From Picochlorum sp. SENEW3 (lineage: Eukaryota), in the NCBI GenBank assembly GCA_034226945.1, contig CP120461.1:1-64000 (forward strand): a DNA stretch of 64,000 bases, in the 5' to 3' direction. The position numbers and the translations under genes were made by a program. Under the pieces are notes generated by a model. That model searched no databases, had not been told where the DNA came from, and saw nothing but the letters and a program-made list of their open reading frames with translations. This document shows positions 58,691 to 64,000 of this stretch, piece after piece. Position 1 is the stretch's first letter. Each line of letters opens with the position of its first letter.

Positions 58691-60497
58691 TCATTGCTCC
58701 TCTGAGAATGGCTGCTCCTCTGAAAATCCATGCTGCTCCACTGTTGGAAAGGTGACATGCCTGCTCTCTGAGTTGTACACTTCTTCGAGAATAGTGGTAT
58801 ACTTGAGTACACTCTCCTTCTGATTCAGCAGGATCGTCTCAAACTACATCCACATAATATGGCAGTTACACTTGGTATTATTGCTGAACCACAAATACAC
58901 ATGCATGCATGCAACCAATGGAAGTGGGCCATGTGATGATAGGAGCAATGCCTCCTAGACATACACACCAGAGTTCTTCCTGGCGTATATTTCTTCAGCT
59001 AATAGTCAGGGGCAATTCAGAAAGAAAAGCCATATCATGGTAATACCCACTGACCGTGAAACATACATGGTACCCTACATTGGTTGCCTCTAAAAAGCAA
59101 ATGCATACAATATCACCAAAGGCTTTGCGTACCTTGTAAATATAAAATGCCAGAATAGCCTGTGGAATCGATGAGATGTTGGTTCCATGGGTATCTTGCC
59201 TCACGTTCAGTCTTGGAAACTCTTTTGGTGACATTCCAATGGACAGAATGTGAGCATCTTGCAAACTTGCCAAAAACATGCGAAACTTTGCATTGCCGAA
59301 CGGATCAAACCAACCACTATACCTGTCTCTAGTACATCTATACGCAGGTCCCTTCTTAGAACCATCACCTGCATGCAAAAGGATCAACATCACACATTTC
59401 ATACACATGCATGGTGTGTGTGCACTAGTACCTGATGAGATCTGAAGCATGAACTGCCTTTGGGTCTGCTCCGAAAAACGCATCTTTCTTGTCTGAGTTG
59501 TACTCATGCTCGCTTCCCCGTAACCCTCCATATCGCTCTCATAGACAGCCTTGAATGCTGTGATGGCCCTCTTGGTCAGATCTGCGCGGATGGTAGTTCG
59601 AACCAGCGTTTTGACCTGCATGCAATAACATGGAAAGAAAATTGAGATATTGTGGATCAATTCATCATCCCTTGTGCAGTAGACATACCTTGGTTGATTC
59701 TTTCTGCAGGTCTGTTGCTGAGATTTTTGGATAAAACTCCCGCACAACAGATATGATGGTTTGTTCTGTTGGATACATGCCGCTTGTTACATCACGCATT
59801 ATGTGCTGAAGTATGACAAGCTTGATTGTTTTCATCTGCAAATATACAGTGCAAATTAGCATCAAACAACCACCCGGCGCTCGGCACAGATGATCCATAC
59901 CCTGCCAATATCTATTTCATCGGACTGGCCTTGGCCTTCACGAACCAGCCTTTTCATCTCTTCAAAGCCTTGAATATTGCTTTCAATCAGGCTTTCAAGC
60001 AGTTGTTTGATCTGATCTGTGTTCGTCGCCAATATTTCTAGCCAATTGGCAATCTTTCTCTGTTGTTCGCCACTATCCAAGGGAGGCTCCTTGTCCTGCT
60101 CTTCATCCATAGAGTCCTGGACACATTCATAGCCAGAACCATCATCTCTTATTTCATCGAAAGGCATTTCTGACGAAATATCATATCTAGCATTGTGTTG
60201 CATGGGCGTATGATATGGGGTTGGAGCTGGATTTGAATTCAAATTTGGATTCAAACGAGATCCAACCGTTCGGTTCAGTTGGTTGCCAGGCTCATGGACG
60301 AGACTCGAATCAGAGCCAAAAGGCACACTGCCGACCTGTACATTATTCGTATTCGTATTATTTACAGTCGTATTTGCGACTGGATTCTTCCTAGGTCGCC
60401 CTCTACCGCGCTTTTGCGGAACCGTGTTATTCGGTGTGATCATCTGTACATCTCCCGAAACACAGGCACCGTTGGATATTTGCTGTCTGTTTTCCAT
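58691..60497 (-). CDS. Multi-exon AT-hook protein, probable transposon accessory ORF
   Basis: KRGRGRPRK AT-hook, acidic stretch and coiled coil. Consecutive ORFs are linked by short GT-AG introns; the 3' end is inferred. Confidence 0.55.
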
Positions 60498-60754
60498 TTT
60501 GCTACATAACTTTGATATAAATATCACGCTTTTATTATGTGGGCGAGAGAATGCATAGAATTTGGTATGTGACTTGTCTCAACTGCCACGGGCTCTTTGG
60601 AGAGTGTCCGGTTTGGGCATCGAGTCAGTCTGACCCGTGCCTCGAGATGATCAGCGGCTTCCTGATCATGAGGTAGCGCGCGTCCGATACCACTCGCTGA
60701 AAGTAGACAGAGTTGATGTATAGCGAATAGTCTTTACACGGTTGTAGAATAATA

Positions 60755-63700
60755 ATGAGACGCGCAGTGCAAACATTTGGGGTCTGGGAGAAGACGGAGA
60801 GAGCTACCCAACAGTGTGAGTATTGCAAACTCTGGTTTGCCAAAGTGGACGCTCGACACTATCGAACATGTATATTCATTCCTGGCGAGGAGAGACGCCA
60901 AAAGTTAGCATGGCTTGAAGAATTGAAAAAGGATAGGAAGAGAGTCGCCGAGAGGGAGAGATATGCTCGCAAGAGAAAGTTGGCTGCCCAGGTTCCAGGT
61001 CAACCTCAGAGCCAAGATAATGTGCAATTCTTGCCACAGGGCCCAATCTTGAACAACGAAGAGAATTTAATGGATGGAGGATTGGACGATATGTGCATGT
61101 CTTATGGCGGAGAGGCGTCGGCTGACGCTCAGATGGGAATGGATGGCATTACTCAGGAGGAGGTGCAACAAGATGAAGAATTTGTGGACTCCCATCTCAC
61201 ACGAGCTCTATGCGACGTGATACAAGACGTTAATCAGAAAAAGGCAGATAATTTACTGAAAAGCATCCACAGGATATTACGAGAATCTGGGCGAACCAAA
61301 TTCGCCCAGGCTTTTAAGGATTTGAAAACCTTCCAGGACTGTGTGGCATCTGCATCCCAGAGGACCCAGTTGAAAGCAACAAAAGTTCTCACATCTGCGG
61401 GTATACAATGCTACGTGTATCATGTATCAGATGCAAAGCAATTGCTACATGAAATGCTCCTTAAAGTGGGCCAAGTGAGCACCAGACCTGAGACATGCAC
61501 AACAGAAGATGGAGCATCCCAAGCCTATGGCCAGGTTGTATATGGTAGCTGGATGAGGGAAACATACGTACGCCATCTAATTGAGTGTATAATTTATCTG
61601 CGAGACGCATGTGTAATTGTAATATGTACGTGCAGCACAAAATTCAGGAACTATCTCCAGGAGCAGAACTGCTTCCCATTGCATTTTACAGTGACAAAAC
61701 GCTGACAAGCAGCAGTAGATCCTTGTATCCTGTGAATTTGTTTCTTCCTTCGGCCAATAAACATTCCGTGCACAAGGGAAATTCGTATAGATGCATTGGT
61801 CTCGTGCCGGAGCCTCCCATTGTCACTGGTGTGCTGACCACAAAGAAGAAGTTCTTCAAATCCCTGAGAAAATGGCTAACCTACACAGCCATGCAGATCA
61901 TCCTAGAGCCTTTCAAAGAAATCAGCAAGACTGGAATAGTATTAAACATAGATGGGATAGAGAAAAAGTACTATCCAATACCGGTTTTTTATGTGGCCGA
62001 TTTGCTAGAATACCAGACTATTTTTGGCATCAGTGCTTCGGTGAGCGTCCCAGACTCCTTTCCTGATCCAAGCTATCTTGTGCGCACAAAGGATCTGGAT
62101 CTGAACCAAGAGTTCATGTCGATACCGAAGCGAAGAAGTGAAGAAAACACCCTGAAACGAATAGAGATAGCTCAGCGGATGAATAGATCTGGGGCAAGCG
62201 AAGAAGCAGTACATAAACTGAAAAAGTTTTCCCTGGATCCATTGCTGTTATATTCTCCCAAGGATGACTGCGAACGGATTTTCAAAGGGAAAAAAATCAT
62301 AGAGTTTTATTGGGTGCGTGACTGGTGTGCGCTTTTTCGTGCGTATCCTAACGTGAGCATAAAGGCCAAGATGTTGTATATTCGCAGGGAGAGGGGATGA
62401 ATACTGATGTGACACTTCCAGTGTCTGGATTCCATCTGACCAACTGCTTCGATTTGGTTGTCCCTGATAAACTCCATACATTAGACTCAGGTATTGGGTC
62501 GATGCTATACTGCACAAATCCTGAGCAAAAGAACTCTCTGTTCAATATCTGCATGAATATGTCAGGAAGAAATCGGAGCACCATTACCGAAATCATGAAT
62601 CAAACTGTGGAGGATTCCTCCCCATGGCCGAATTATAGCCTACCAACATCCAAATTCAGAGATCCAGAGAATAGAAAGATAAAAATATCGAGTGAACAAT
62701 CTGCAAATCTGCGTCGATTGGCATTGATTGCCTGTCTTGCTGATGAGGCTCTTTATCCAATAATCCCTCCTTTGAAAGGTGAGTGCCGCATGGGAATGCA
62801 ATTCATTTTTTTGTTTATTATTGTGGCTTCATCACAACAATACATGAACTTCATTGCAGCCTATCTCGATGTAGAAGAGTGTATCAATAGAAAGATACAC
62901 ACGGATGAGTCGATATCCACAATGCATGAGTTGATCAAGAAACTGCGTCAGGAGATGCTGAAAGCCTGGTCAGCAGTGTCACAGGATCTTAATCTTAAAA
63001 TCCTGAAATGGTTTTCACTCTATAAATTTGTGTACGAAGTGAAACGATCTGGTTGTGCCAGTGTCACAGATACGCATCATCACGAGAGGACCCACAAGGA
63101 CATCAAAAAGGCCAGTGGATTTACCAACAACCATCTTGATACATTGATGGGGCAAACCATTGCAAAATCTATTAGAATAGCTCAAACGAAAGATTTGATT
63201 AGCAGTTCTGGGGCCGCTCGAAAGTATAACACCATTGTACGCTCTCTCATTCCAAATGCAGATGAGACATCTCTAACAGCAATCCTATTGTGCAGAGACA
63301 AAGATGCATTGCCAACAAGGCGCTCACCATAGTGAAGAGTCCAATGCTCGTGAGCAATATGATGGATTTGAATGAGAGTATCAAGCCTTTTCAGGCGTAT
63401 TGTCCAGAGATGGCCCGCCTGAAATACTGTGTGGAGATTCTGTACAGGGTGAATCTCAGACAGACATCCAAGCATGTGTCACTGCCACTTGATACCAAGG
63501 TAAATTGCATGCTGTGAAACGGTTACTAATATGATCATTTATTGCTTAAAATATTATGCAGATTGAGATTTATTCTGGAGCATATATTCCATACCATCAG
63601 ACTCCAGGCTCTGAGATGGATGCCAAAAAGATTCTTGGAAGGGTGGCCATAATTGATCAAGTAAACAAGGTTCGAAATCGATTCAAGCAAGGAGAATGCC

Positions 63701-64000
63701 AAGAATCAGAGGAGAGACAAGAAATAGATAGATTGGTTCAGCGACTGGGTTCGTTCGTCACAGCAAAAGGCAATACACTGTCTGAAGAATGGTATGCTGA
63801 GGTGATTTGTTTTGTCCGAGTCACCCCACCGCCCACCGCACGTATGGAGACTCATGAGACCGCATTCGTAAGATGGTATAAGGAAGTGAAGGCTACAGAG
63901 ATTCATGATCGCATTGGGTTGCCTGTGCTCCAACTGGAGAAGACAACGAGGCCATCTGTCGCAGACAGCCAAATCCAGACTGAGCCATTCACAGACTTGA
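60755..64000 (+). mobile_element. Plavaka-type (CACTA/EnSpm-related) DNA transposase, truncated by window end
   Basis: Introns 61568-61635, 62314-62387, 62779-62859, 63237-63295 and 63500-63561 give one open frame with YSDKT..YPV, IGLVP, ILEPF..G..DG..YVADLLE, PDKLH, HHERTH and AFVRWY. Confidence 0.8.

Overview
Eukaryotic nuclear DNA from a very compact green alga. The evidence is cpSRP43, MBS1, plastid-type ilvA, short GT-AG introns of about 60-200 nt and intergenic gaps often under 100 bp. Picochlorum-like Trebouxiophyceae is an inference, not established. The window has four zones. (1) 1-8.3 kb is a gene-free, A/C-skewed, probably subtelomeric patchwork with diverged duplications, a hAT-type MITE and a 160-bp satellite with a 320-bp higher-order structure. 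(2) 8.4-18.2 kb is an accessory block: a Popeye-like cNMP membrane protein, a divergent XDH/aldehyde-oxidase-like molybdoenzyme with a Harbinger-type MITE inserted in its stop codon, and two paralogues of a secreted PAN/apple + cytochrome b5 protein, one frameshifted. (3) 18.4-58.1 kb holds about 27 tightly packed housekeeping genes. (4) 58.2-64 kb is an apparently intact, intron-containing Plavaka-type DNA transposase divergently paired with an AT-hook gene, running off the window end. All family calls are from motif recognition by eye; no searches were run.
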